Positions 15,149 to 22,301 of a stretch of DNA of 24,000 nt are shown here, one piece after another (positions within the stretch are counted from its first letter, which is position 1; each line of letters opens with the position of its first letter). Location: positions 405,448 to 429,447 of the forward strand of contig OZ246410.1 of assembly GCA_965231065.1 (NCBI GenBank). Direction: 5' to 3'. A program made the position numbers and the translations under genes. Source of the DNA: an uncultured Methanosarcinales archaeon (GTDB lineage Archaea > Nanobdellota > Nanobdellia > Woesearchaeales > UBA10107). The notes under the pieces are model-generated. The model saw only the letters and a list, made by a program, of their open reading frames with translations. It ran no database searches and was not told the DNA's origin.

Positions 15149-16720
15149 TCACGAATCAGTATTTAAATCTTTCTTGGAGTACTTATTCAGGTTCATCTGG
15201 CCTTTCCGCTTCGTTTCTTTGATCTCTTCGGTCTTTTCACCTACTTGTTCCTTGACCGATTTCGCTACTGCTTCTCCGATTAGCGCTTTCAATGACGTCA
15301 TGTCTGCTTTCTTGACATCTCCGAGATCTTTGATACCGTTGCTGAATAATTTTCGAGCTCTGACCCTTCCTATTTCTCTCAACCGTAACAACGGCAAGAG
15401 CTCTTCTTTCGCTCCATATTTCATCCTGGTCCTTAATTTTGAAACCTCTCGCGCGAAGTGAGGTCGTGCAATCAATTTGGCGATCTCTTCAGATGAGTAG
15501 AGAAGCCAATCCGCGGTCTCTAACTTCGCTCTGCTCTCTCCCGGACGGACATCATAGTTCTCCAGGATATATTCATCATCTTTTTCTTCGATCCATTCAG
15601 AGAAGAATTTCGCGGTCTTCAACGAATCCATGAAATCATCGTATTCCGGCTCGAATTCAGCAGGTTCATCGACCAGCAGCTCATCTTGCTTTTCCACTGC
15701 CAATCCGGTATAATCATCGTATTCTCTTGTCTTCATATTCAGCCGCGGTCGTATTTCTAATGTAAATGAGATCATCTGCAAGAGTCCGAATATCTTTGGA
15801 ATTTCCGTCTTTCTGATACTCTTGATGAATTCATACGCAGTCAGCGGATCGATATAGAGTTCAGATACTTTCCTGCCAAGTTCTGTTGCAGCAATGCGTT
15901 CATTCAACAAATCGGCTGCAGAGGCAAAGTCAGATTTCTTGCCGCTGATGAATCCAAAACCTTCAAGCATATGAATCATTCTGTCAATGATTTTTTCTAA
16001 TTTCGCCATGTCTTCAAACTGATATGCCCAGAATGTCTTTGAGAAGAAATCAATGAGCTTTTCTCTGCTATTGACGAAACCTGATGCGACGAGACTGAGG
16101 ATGTATGTTCTCAAGACCGGTTCTACTGCTAATTTCGATGATATGTCTTCGGGATCTCCCTTGACATACTGCTCGACTGCTGCTTCTTTCTCTGATTCAG
16201 TCGTCGTGATGATGATTGATTCTCCTTCCGTATCGTATTTCGGACGTCCAGCACGTCCTGACATCTGAAGGTATTCAAGGACAGGGATGTATGTGTATCC
16301 TCTGATACCGAATCTTTTGAGATCTCTTATTATAGTCCTGAAAGCCGGCAAGTCTACACCTGCTGCCAAGGTTGGTGTGCAGCAGATTATTTTTATTGAT
16401 CCGGTCCTGAAATTATCTTCGATAAGTTCTTTTTGCTTTGATGTAAGTCCTGCATGGTGGAATGCGATGCCTTGCTGGATGACTTCTGCTAATTTCTCAC
16501 ACTGACTCGTCGGTCTTGGTAGGTGTAGTATCTCTTTTGATAATTCTATATTTCTCTTTTCCTGTTTTTTCTGCAGGAATTTTGAGATGTCTGCTGCTAC
16601 TTTCTCTGCGGATCGTTTTGCGTTGACGAAGATCAACGCTTGTTTGTTTTTTTCTAAGGTGTCGAGAACTACGTTGATGATCGGATCACTGGATGATTGT
16701 TTTATCTGCAACTCTTTCAT
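15149..16720 (-). CDS. hel308: Hel308/Ski2-type helicase, C-terminal half only (RecA2, winged helix, ratchet, HhH)
   Basis: Starts at ATG 16720 (M41 of the tracked ORF). Contains ALIFVN (motif IV region), GIAFHHAGL, TPTLAAGVDLPA (motif V), QMSGRAGRP (motif VI) and a C-terminal HhH (LREIGRVRARKLFSNGI). There is no Walker A or DExH box anywhere in the ORF. Confidence 0.85.
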   Translation of the reverse strand: MKELQIKQSSSDPIINVVLDTLEKNKQALIFVNAKRSAEKVAADISKFLQKKQEKRNIELSKEILHLPRPTSQCEKLAEVIQQGIAFHHAGLTSKQKELIEDNFRTGSIKIICCTPTLAAGVDLPAFRTIIRDLKRFGIRGYTYIPVLEYLQMSGRAGRPKYDTEGESIIITTTESEKEAAVEQYVKGDPEDISSKLAVEPVLRTYILSLVASGFVNSREKLIDFFSKTFWAYQFEDMAKLEKIIDRMIHMLEGFGFISGKKSDFASAADLLNERIAATELGRKVSELYIDPLTAYEFIKSIRKTEIPKIFGLLQMISFTLEIRPRLNMKTREYDDYTGLAVEKQDELLVDEPAEFEPEYDDFMDSLKTAKFFSEWIEEKDDEYILENYDVRPGESRAKLETADWLLYSSEEIAKLIARPHFAREVSKLRTRMKYGAKEELLPLLRLREIGRVRARKLFSNGIKDLGDVKKADMTSLKALIGEAVAKSVKEQVGEKTEEIKETKRKGQMNLNKYSKKDLNTDS

Positions 16721-16743
16721 TATAATTTTCTTTTCTCTTTTGA

Positions 16744-16751
16744 TTAATAAA
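16744..16751 (-). promoter_or_regulatory. TATA box (TTTATTAA) for the helicase C-half gene
   Basis: 23 nt upstream of the ATG at 16720, between that ATG and the 3' end of tRNA-Ile. Confidence 0.5.
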
Positions 16752-16782
16752 TCTGCTTGTGAGTTGTCCTGTGGAAGAGAAA

Positions 16783-16859
16783 TGGTGAGCCCGCCGTGAT
16801 TTGAACACGGGACCTTTCGAGTATCAGTCGAATGCTCCACCAGACTAAGCTACGGGCTC
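16783..16859 (-). tRNA. tRNA-Ile (anticodon GAU), genomically encoded CCA
   Basis: Hand-folded: acceptor GAGCCCG/CGGGCTC, D stem GCTT/GAGC, anticodon stem TTCGA/TCGAA with loop CTGATAC, T arm CCGTG-TTCAAAT-CACGG, discriminator A followed by CCA. 74 nt plus 3. Confidence 0.9.
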
Positions 16860-16867
16860 ATTATAAA

Positions 16868-16940
16868 CGCCCTCAGGCAGACTCGAACTGCCGACCCCGG
16901 GATTAACAGTCCCGTGCTCTACCTGCTGAGCTATGAGGGC
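16868..16940 (-). tRNA. tRNA-Asn (anticodon GUU)
   Basis: Hand-folded 73 nt: acceptor GCCCTCA/TGAGGGC, D stem GCTC/GAGC, anticodon stem CGGGA/TCCCG with loop CTGTTAA, T arm GGCAG-TTCGAGT-CTGCC, discriminator G. No CCA. An 8-nt spacer separates it from tRNA-Ile. Confidence 0.9.
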
Positions 16941-16964
16941 ATGTTTAAAGTGGCTTAATGTTCA

Positions 16965-16972
16965 TTTATATA
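16965..16972 (-). promoter_or_regulatory. TATA box (TATATAAA) for the tRNA-Asn/tRNA-Ile pair
   Basis: 24 nt upstream of the tRNA-Asn 5' end at 16940. Confidence 0.5.
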
Positions 16973-16983
16973 GTTTTCTACCT

Positions 16984-17406
16984 TCAGAGAACGTAATTCC
17001 TGAGTAAAAGACCGATTAAGCCGAATATGAGAAATCCGATTGTTTTCTTTGTAATACTGGAGATATTTTCCTTATGCATCAAACTTCCTTCTGGGAATCC
17101 GTAAAGGAATATTAGTGAGCTTACAATAAAATTAGGATTTACACTAAACAGTATCCCGAGTACTCCATAATAACTCTTGAAGTAGTATAGGACAGCAATT
17201 GTCATTATTATGATGAGTCGCTGATATAGCAAAGATAGGGGGGAGTTGTAAAATGCTGCGAATAAAATTATCAAAAATAATACTCTGCTGAAAATAACAA
17301 GATTCTTCTTTCCGGGAACAACTTCCTCTTTCGCGATCTTAGAAAGTCCAAAACCAACAAACACACCGAGATATGAAATAAGCAAAACAATAAGTTCAGT
17401 GAGCAT
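16984..17406 (-). CDS. Hypothetical polytopic membrane protein
   Basis: 140 aa with 4-5 hydrophobic helices. Its start overlaps the stop of the Dph2 fragment by 11 nt. No family recognised. Confidence 0.6.
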   Translation of the reverse strand: MLTELIVLLISYLGVFVGFGLSKIAKEEVVPGKKNLVIFSRVLFLIILFAAFYNSPLSLLYQRLIIIMTIAVLYYFKSYYGVLGILFSVNPNFIVSSLIFLYGFPEGSLMHKENISSITKKTIGFLIFGLIGLLLRNYVL

Positions 17407-17680
17407 GCTGCATCACATGATACTCTGGTTTGCTGAAATAAGAATGTCCGAAATGTAACAGTAGATCAATGCCGTGCTCTTCAAGACCGCGTGGCAGATC
17501 ACAACCGCCGAACGCAGAACCGCCCCAGATGATGACGCGTGCATCAGTCTGTGATTCGATCGCATCCTGTATCTCTTTCGCCCGAGGTTTCAGACCATCT
17601 GCCAACTGCACGCAAACTACTTTTGCCTTCTCTTTCTTGATCGTTTCAATCGCCTTGTCGAGTTCTATTTCGTATGTCAT
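17396..17680 (-). CDS. dph2: Dph2 (diphthamide synthase) N-terminal domain fragment, truncated after GHSY
   Basis: The 94 aa align by eye along their length with the first ~85 residues of archaeal Dph2 as I recall it (AK-V-IQ..GL, YGACD-like FGGCD with the first cluster Cys, HxGHSY). The ORF then stops, whereas full-length Dph2 is about 330-340 aa. Confidence 0.7.
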   Translation of the reverse strand: MTYEIELDKAIETIKKEKAKVVCVQLADGLKPRAKEIQDAIESQTDARVIIWGGSAFGGCDLPRGLEEHGIDLLLHFGHSYFSKPEYHVMQHAH

Positions 17681-17979
17681 TATTGTTCACATAATTCAAT
17701 CGCTTTCCTATCCATTACCACATTGAGTGTGCCTTTGCACAGATACAAATCATCTTTGTACGGTTCACACCCAGCACTCTTTCGCGCTTCGATGCAGCAT
17801 GTTGATACATCTTTTTCTATGAGACGTTCTCCGCTGAGCAAAAAGCATGTTGCCGGTGTCTGCGTTGTCTTTCCCGTCACGGTCGGATTCTTGCTGAATG
17901 CGACAAACACGATACCCATGAATACCAATGCCGTGGTAATGATGACGGTCATCCGTACGGAATCTCCTTTTTTATCCAT
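17680..17979 (-). CDS. Small Cys-rich protein with an N-terminal signal anchor
   Basis: 99 aa with a TM helix (VIITTALVFMGIVFVAF) followed by a domain with 7 Cys. Own TATA box 22 nt upstream. Its TAA shares one base with the ATG of the Dph2 fragment. Confidence 0.55.
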   Translation of the reverse strand: MDKKGDSVRMTVIITTALVFMGIVFVAFSKNPTVTGKTTQTPATCFLLSGERLIEKDVSTCCIEARKSAGCEPYKDDLYLCKGTLNVVMDRKAIELCEQ

Positions 17980-18001
17980 GACCTATAAACAAGAAACGCT
18001 G

Positions 18002-18009
18002 TTTTTAAA
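18002..18009 (-). promoter_or_regulatory. TATA box (TTTAAAAA) for the Cys-rich protein / Dph2 fragment / membrane protein operon
   Basis: 22 nt upstream of the ATG at 17979. Confidence 0.5.
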
Positions 18010-18011
18010 CT

Positions 18012-19268
18012 TTACCGTGCTTTTAGTGTATTGTAGATCTTGAACAGCATGCCGATCAAGAATGCAAGCACTGCTGCGATAGCAAAGTTGTCCATCGGTG
18101 TCTGTTCGCCGATGTAGTATGAGATGATGCTTACGATCAAAAAGACGAATGAGATGAAGATCATGAACTTTCCTAGCAGATATGATTTTGTTGATTTTGT
18201 CTTGACGACTTTCGCTGAATCTTTCATGACGACGCTTGCGCCGTAGGTCGCTGATACTTTCTGAGTCGCTAATTCCTTATCCAATTTCTTTAGTTCATCA
18301 GTGAACTGTTCTTTTGAGACACTCTTCGCTTCGACTCGTTTCACGTCACGCTGGATGTTTGCGCTGGATGCTCTTAGTTCTTCGATGCTCTTTCTGAGAT
18401 CATCGCCCTTGTTCATCTTAGCGACAGAAGAAAGTTCTTTCCTGACATCCTCAAATTCGTTGCTGATGTCTTCGATCAATCCTTTGACTTGGGTGAGTGT
18501 GATGCTCTGCTTATTCTGATTCTTCAAGGCTGCGATCTCATGAGCGACCTTGTCGAATTCGTTATTGATGTTCTTCAGGACTGACTGAACTTCAGTTCCT
18601 TTCACGAATGCAGCTGCGTTCTTATTCACAGTGACTACGTCTCGTTTGATGCTGTCAAGTCCTGTATTGACTTCATCAAGCAATCGCTTCATCTCGTCCT
18701 TATCGACATATGATTTTAATGTTTTCCTGACATCATTGATATGTTCTTGTGTCGCGTCGAATCGCTTTGCGATCTTGTCTGCATAGTGATTCAGTTCTTT
18801 CCGTTCGACCAGATCATCTTTGAATTCGATAGCACGTACTTCCTGTGAGAGTTTGTTCAATTCACCATTCAGTTGAGCGACCAGTGTCTTCAGTTGTGTT
18901 TCAGTGACTGCATGCTTGCTGGTGTCATCCAATTTCATATTCAATGCGATCAATTTTGCGTTGAGCGTATCTATTTCCTTCAGTACTGATTTCTTGCTGC
19001 CAGCAGCATCGAATGTCTTGATCTGTTTTTCCATATCACTTACTTTATTCAGCTCTTCACTCATCTCGCCGATCTTTATCTTGAGAACATTAAGTTTGTC
19101 GCCCGATACAGAACTGATCTTCGTATCATCGAGCTCTTTTCTGATTTGAGCGTTCTGTTCAGCTTGTGCATTGAGGCTCAACTTGATATCCTGCATATCT
19201 CGTTTGATCGCTGCGAAAGAATTCTCTAAAGCCTTATTCAGCTGTCCTATCGTGGTTGCGGTTAACAT
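18012..19268 (-). CDS. Tail-anchored coiled-coil protein
   Basis: About 350 aa of heptad-rich, Lys/Glu/Asp-rich sequence with recurring modules (LNGELNKLSQEV, INNEFDKVAHEI, ISNEFEDVRKEL, TDELKKLDKEL), then two C-terminal TM helices. The ATG at 19268 is preferred over the TTG at 19280 because of TATA spacing. Confidence 0.7.
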   Translation of the reverse strand: MLTATTIGQLNKALENSFAAIKRDMQDIKLSLNAQAEQNAQIRKELDDTKISSVSGDKLNVLKIKIGEMSEELNKVSDMEKQIKTFDAAGSKKSVLKEIDTLNAKLIALNMKLDDTSKHAVTETQLKTLVAQLNGELNKLSQEVRAIEFKDDLVERKELNHYADKIAKRFDATQEHINDVRKTLKSYVDKDEMKRLLDEVNTGLDSIKRDVVTVNKNAAAFVKGTEVQSVLKNINNEFDKVAHEIAALKNQNKQSITLTQVKGLIEDISNEFEDVRKELSSVAKMNKGDDLRKSIEELRASSANIQRDVKRVEAKSVSKEQFTDELKKLDKELATQKVSATYGASVVMKDSAKVVKTKSTKSYLLGKFMIFISFVFLIVSIISYYIGEQTPMDNFAIAAVLAFLIGMLFKIYNTLKAR

Positions 19269-19290
19269 TTGACGTGCCAAACCAAACCTA

Positions 19291-19298
19291 TTTTATAT
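19291..19298 (-). promoter_or_regulatory. TATA box (ATATAAAA within TTTAAATATAAAA) for the coiled-coil gene
   Basis: 22 nt upstream of the ATG at 19268. Confidence 0.5.
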
Positions 19299-19337
19299 TT
19301 AAAGCTTTCCCTTTATTACCCTCGTATAGTAGAGAAT

Positions 19338-19652
19338 TTAGGCCTTATACGGCACTCTGGTGTAATGTCCACAGCTCATACAGAAGTATGTCTTTTTGCC
19401 CTTATTGAGCCGTATCCGTGCATTTAAACCAGGTTTGAGGTATGTATAGCAGTTCTTGCAGAACTTTCGTTTCAGTTCAATTGGAATTCGTATCTTGAGC
19501 CGTGTGGATATCTTGCGTGCCAAAGCGACATATCGGTTCGCCAGTTTCATATCCTTCCTGGAGACCAGCTCTGCCTGTCTGAAGAGCTCCTTGATGTGCT
19601 TTGCAGCGATCTCTTTTTCCTTCTGTTTTTTCTTCTTAAACCGGTCTTTCAT
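19338..19652 (-). CDS. rnp4: RNase P protein component 4 (Rpp21/Rpr2 family)
   Basis: Helical N-terminus (LANRYVALARKISTRLKIRIP) and a zinc ribbon (CKNC...CMSC). TATA spacing favours the start at ATG 19652. The ORF track extends to 19718, which would leave only 11 nt to the divergent gene. Confidence 0.8.
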   Translation of the reverse strand: MKDRFKKKKQKEKEIAAKHIKELFRQAELVSRKDMKLANRYVALARKISTRLKIRIPIELKRKFCKNCYTYLKPGLNARIRLNKGKKTYFCMSCGHYTRVPYKA

Positions 19653-19674
19653 ACGATTATCCTTCTTTTTGTGC

Positions 19675-19682
19675 TTTTTAAA
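19675..19682 (-). promoter_or_regulatory. TATA box (TTTAAAAA) for rnp4
   Basis: 22 nt upstream of the ATG at 19652. Confidence 0.5.
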
Positions 19683-19700
19683 CTTATCAATCCAAAAACC

Positions 19701-19708
19701 ATATAAAT
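19701..19708 (+). promoter_or_regulatory. TATA box (ATATAAAT) for the 19730-21912 operon
   Basis: 21 nt upstream of the ATG at 19730. Confidence 0.5.
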
Positions 19709-19729
19709 CAACTGGCAATCCGTGTCAGT

Positions 19730-20971
19730 ATGCTTGATATTCTAAAGAGGATGTTCGGAAAGAAAGAGGAAGAGAGAAAGGAGATCCCGTTCTCTGAGGT
19801 CAGCGCATGGTTCGATGCGACAATCAAAGAGTTACCATTGCGTGAAGAGCTCCATGATTTTTTCAATGATCTCTCTGGCTCGATCAAAGTTCTTGATTCT
19901 GCATTGAAAGATCTCGTCGACAGACAACTGAAGGACGAGCTTTCGGAGAATCAGATCGAGATCGTCGATGATCATAAGCGAGATTATATCGCAAAGATGC
20001 GTGACTTCATCAAAAAGATACAGTTGCCAAAAAACATGGATGTCCATACGATCGTCGAATATGATCAGCTGCTTTCTGAATCACTCGAACAGCTTACGCA
20101 ACAGACAAGAGACCATCTCATGGTACTCAACAAGTTCTTCAGCGCAGAAACAGGTAGTATTCTCTCATCATTGCATATGATCGAGACTGCACGTGATGAT
20201 CTGAATGAACTTGTGGAGCAGGAACACGGCGTAAAATACATCTCAAACATGAAGCGGCTGATCAGGACAGTCGATAAAAAGAAAAAACAGGTCGCCGTGA
20301 TTCAGGAACAGCTGCAGCATGAGATCCAGCGCAGGAACGAGATGGAATCGTACAAGGCAAAGCTCGAAACCGAGTTCGATGACCTGAAGACCGCAAGTGA
20401 ATATAATAAATACGATCAGCACTTCTCAAGAAAGATCAGGGTTGAAAAAGAATTCGAGCGTGAACGTCATCAATTTTTAGCGACCTTCAGTCAGATCGCA
20501 AAAGTCCTTCGCGAGTATGAGAAAAATTCATTGGGTATTGGCGGAGATCTCGCGAGACGATATGCTGATGATCCTGTCTCCGCAGTCATGAACGATTCTA
20601 ACTTCCGCATCGTAGACATCATCCCGAACATCATTTCTCAGTTGCCGGTCATGGAGCCAAATGAGATGAGACGTGCACGGATCACACAGGCATTGTCAAC
20701 ATTGACCTTGGAATATTTGAAGCAGTTCGTCGAGAAGAATGTGCTGCTGAGAAATACAATGCAGAATGTCCAGCGGCAGATCACCATGGATCCGGTCTCG
20801 TTGAAAGTCGGCGACATAAACTATAAAATCAAGCATGTACAGGAGCAGATTGCACTTTTTGAGCAGAATCAGGCAAAGTACGAATCGATGATCAAAGAGA
20901 TCGATGCAGGGAAAGCTTTATTAATCTTAGAACGCGAATTAAACTCATTCGCCGGAATAAAGCTACTATGA
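19730..20971 (+). CDS. Hypothetical all-helical/coiled-coil protein, first gene of the Nip7 operon
   Basis: 413-aa long ORF with its own promoter and an ATGA overlap with the downstream Nip7-like gene. No family or nucleotide-binding motif recognised. Confidence 0.7.
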   Translation: MLDILKRMFGKKEEERKEIPFSEVSAWFDATIKELPLREELHDFFNDLSGSIKVLDSALKDLVDRQLKDELSENQIEIVDDHKRDYIAKMRDFIKKIQLPKNMDVHTIVEYDQLLSESLEQLTQQTRDHLMVLNKFFSAETGSILSSLHMIETARDDLNELVEQEHGVKYISNMKRLIRTVDKKKKQVAVIQEQLQHEIQRRNEMESYKAKLETEFDDLKTASEYNKYDQHFSRKIRVEKEFERERHQFLATFSQIAKVLREYEKNSLGIGGDLARRYADDPVSAVMNDSNFRIVDIIPNIISQLPVMEPNEMRRARITQALSTLTLEYLKQFVEKNVLLRNTMQNVQRQITMDPVSLKVGDINYKIKHVQEQIALFEQNQAKYESMIKEIDAGKALLILERELNSFAGIKLL

Positions 20972-21399
20972 TTGAAGTCGATGAGTTTACCAAGAAGTTC
21001 ACAGAACAGAAAGTACCGAATGTAATCAAGCTACAAAGAAATTTCTTCAAAGCGTCTGAACACTTGATGAACATGAAGTCTCAGATCAGACAGGAACCGT
21101 TCGCTATCGGCACATACCTGGGGAGTGGTAAACCATTCCATCCAAGTGCCGCATTATTGGATTGGCTTGGAGAACGTTCCAAGAAATATGTGGTCATCGA
21201 TAAGAAGGCGTCATGGTTATTCTTATGCGGCAGAGATGTATTCGCTGATTCCATCATCAAGAAGAATGCAGACAAGGGTATGGTCTTGGTGAAAAACGAG
21301 CTCGGTGAAGTGCTTGGCTATGGTCAGTTCACCGGACGGCAGGTCGCTATCAAACATATGCTCGATAAAGGATATTTCTTGCGCAGGGAGCGTCATTAG
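20968..21399 (+). CDS. Nip7-like PUA-domain RNA-binding protein (ribosome large-subunit biogenesis factor homologue)
   Basis: PFAIGTYLGS, then KYVVIDKKASWLFLCGRDVF...GMVLVKNELGEVLGYGQF...LDKGYFLRRE. This matches, as I recall them, the archaeal Nip7 sequences (PYSLGTFVG; ILGPKASFLFTTGKD...VVVLNDLGDIIGIG...DVGEFLRR). Confidence 0.8.
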   Translation: MIEVDEFTKKFTEQKVPNVIKLQRNFFKASEHLMNMKSQIRQEPFAIGTYLGSGKPFHPSAALLDWLGERSKKYVVIDKKASWLFLCGRDVFADSIIKKNADKGMVLVKNELGEVLGYGQFTGRQVAIKHMLDKGYFLRRERH

Positions 21400-21912
21400 G
21401 TGTCTGAGATTCTGAAGGAGTTCGAGAAGGAATTCGAAAAAATCCGTAGTGAACTCAAGTTCAAAGCGACATTGCAGGAACTTGATGATATTTTCTTTAT
21501 CACCGATCACGTCCAGAAGGAAGGATTCGTGAGCAAAAAGTTGTCACGGCAGATCTCGAGACGCATCGTCGATATGTATGTCTCGTGGGCACAGTATCTG
21601 CATGGTCTGCTGGTGGCGAACCCTGGTTCATTGGTCAGTATGATCGAGAGCCAGGCATTCAGCGAGACAGAAAAAGAAGATATCACCAGATTGCTGGATC
21701 AGTTGATGGCATTGTCTATCGAGAATAATATCATCGGCATCAACAGGAATAAGAAACAGGAAAGCGAGTTCATCGACAAGTCAGTGCAATTATGGAAGGA
21801 GATCAGTCCGAAGTTAGAATCAGTCATGAAGAAGACACATGGCAGATGGTCTGAACGTTCTCAGATGAAGCCCGAGAAGAAAGATAAAGATAGAAACAGT
21901 ATGTATGGTTAG
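21400..21912 (+). CDS. Hypothetical helical protein, third gene of the Nip7 operon
   Basis: 170 aa with a GTG start immediately after the Nip7 stop; GGGAG lies about 11 nt upstream. Basic C-terminal tail. No family recognised. Confidence 0.6.
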   Translation: MSEILKEFEKEFEKIRSELKFKATLQELDDIFFITDHVQKEGFVSKKLSRQISRRIVDMYVSWAQYLHGLLVANPGSLVSMIESQAFSETEKEDITRLLDQLMALSIENNIIGINRNKKQESEFIDKSVQLWKEISPKLESVMKKTHGRWSERSQMKPEKKDKDRNSMYG

Positions 21913-22256
21913 ATCAGCTTCTGTTCGTCGTTCTCCGTGACTTCTTCTACATTCTTATCGAGCCAGCGGGTGTAATTCAGATATTGTTTCCATGGCTCAT
22001 CCAGTCTCCAGCTTTCTTGGTCTGCAATGATGCGTACCAGTCCAGGAAACCCTTTCATGAGGATCGAAATATCGACCTTTGCTTCACGGTCTGCTTTTTT
22101 GATGTATGGTAAAATGGCACGTCCCATATGAGTCAACTGGTAGAATGATTTGCAACCGATGACCGTATTGAGCAGACGGTCTCGATGGTATGGAGCTTCT
22201 TTACAGTATGCATTCCAGGCAGCAAGTATCTCATTAAATTCTTCTTCAAGTACCAT
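21909..22256 (-). CDS. Hypothetical protein
   Basis: 115 aa with its own TATA box 22 nt upstream. Convergent with the Nip7 operon, overlapping it by 4 nt at the 3' ends. No family recognised. Confidence 0.55.
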   Translation of the reverse strand: MVLEEEFNEILAAWNAYCKEAPYHRDRLLNTVIGCKSFYQLTHMGRAILPYIKKADREAKVDISILMKGFPGLVRIIADQESWRLDEPWKQYLNYTRWLDKNVEEVTENDEQKLI

Positions 22257-22278
22257 GACAAGATTGAGAACCGACTTT

Positions 22279-22286
22279 TATTTAAA
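22279..22286 (-). promoter_or_regulatory. TATA box (TTTAAATA) for the 115-aa gene
   Basis: 22 nt upstream of the ATG at 22256. Confidence 0.5.
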
Positions 22287-22301
22287 CTTTCTTTATTTTT
22301 G

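Noticed and set aside
15048-15461. 137-aa plus-strand ORF overlapping the 3' end of the helicase gene
   Set aside because: It is antisense to the conserved HhH and ratchet region, has no start context and its composition mirrors the opposite strand.
16721-16840. 40-codon N-terminal extension of the helicase ORF (MEHSTDTRKVPCSNHGGLT...) in the ORF track
   Set aside because: It runs through tRNA-Ile (16783-16859) and through the TATA box at 16744-16751. It has no helicase motifs. The ATG at 16720 has the canonical promoter spacing.
19653-19718. 22-codon N-terminal extension of the Rpp21 ORF
   Set aside because: It would leave 11 nt between divergent genes and would bury both TATA boxes (19675-19682 and 19701-19708) in coding sequence. 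The internal ATG at 19652 has 22-nt TATA spacing. The longer form cannot be fully excluded.
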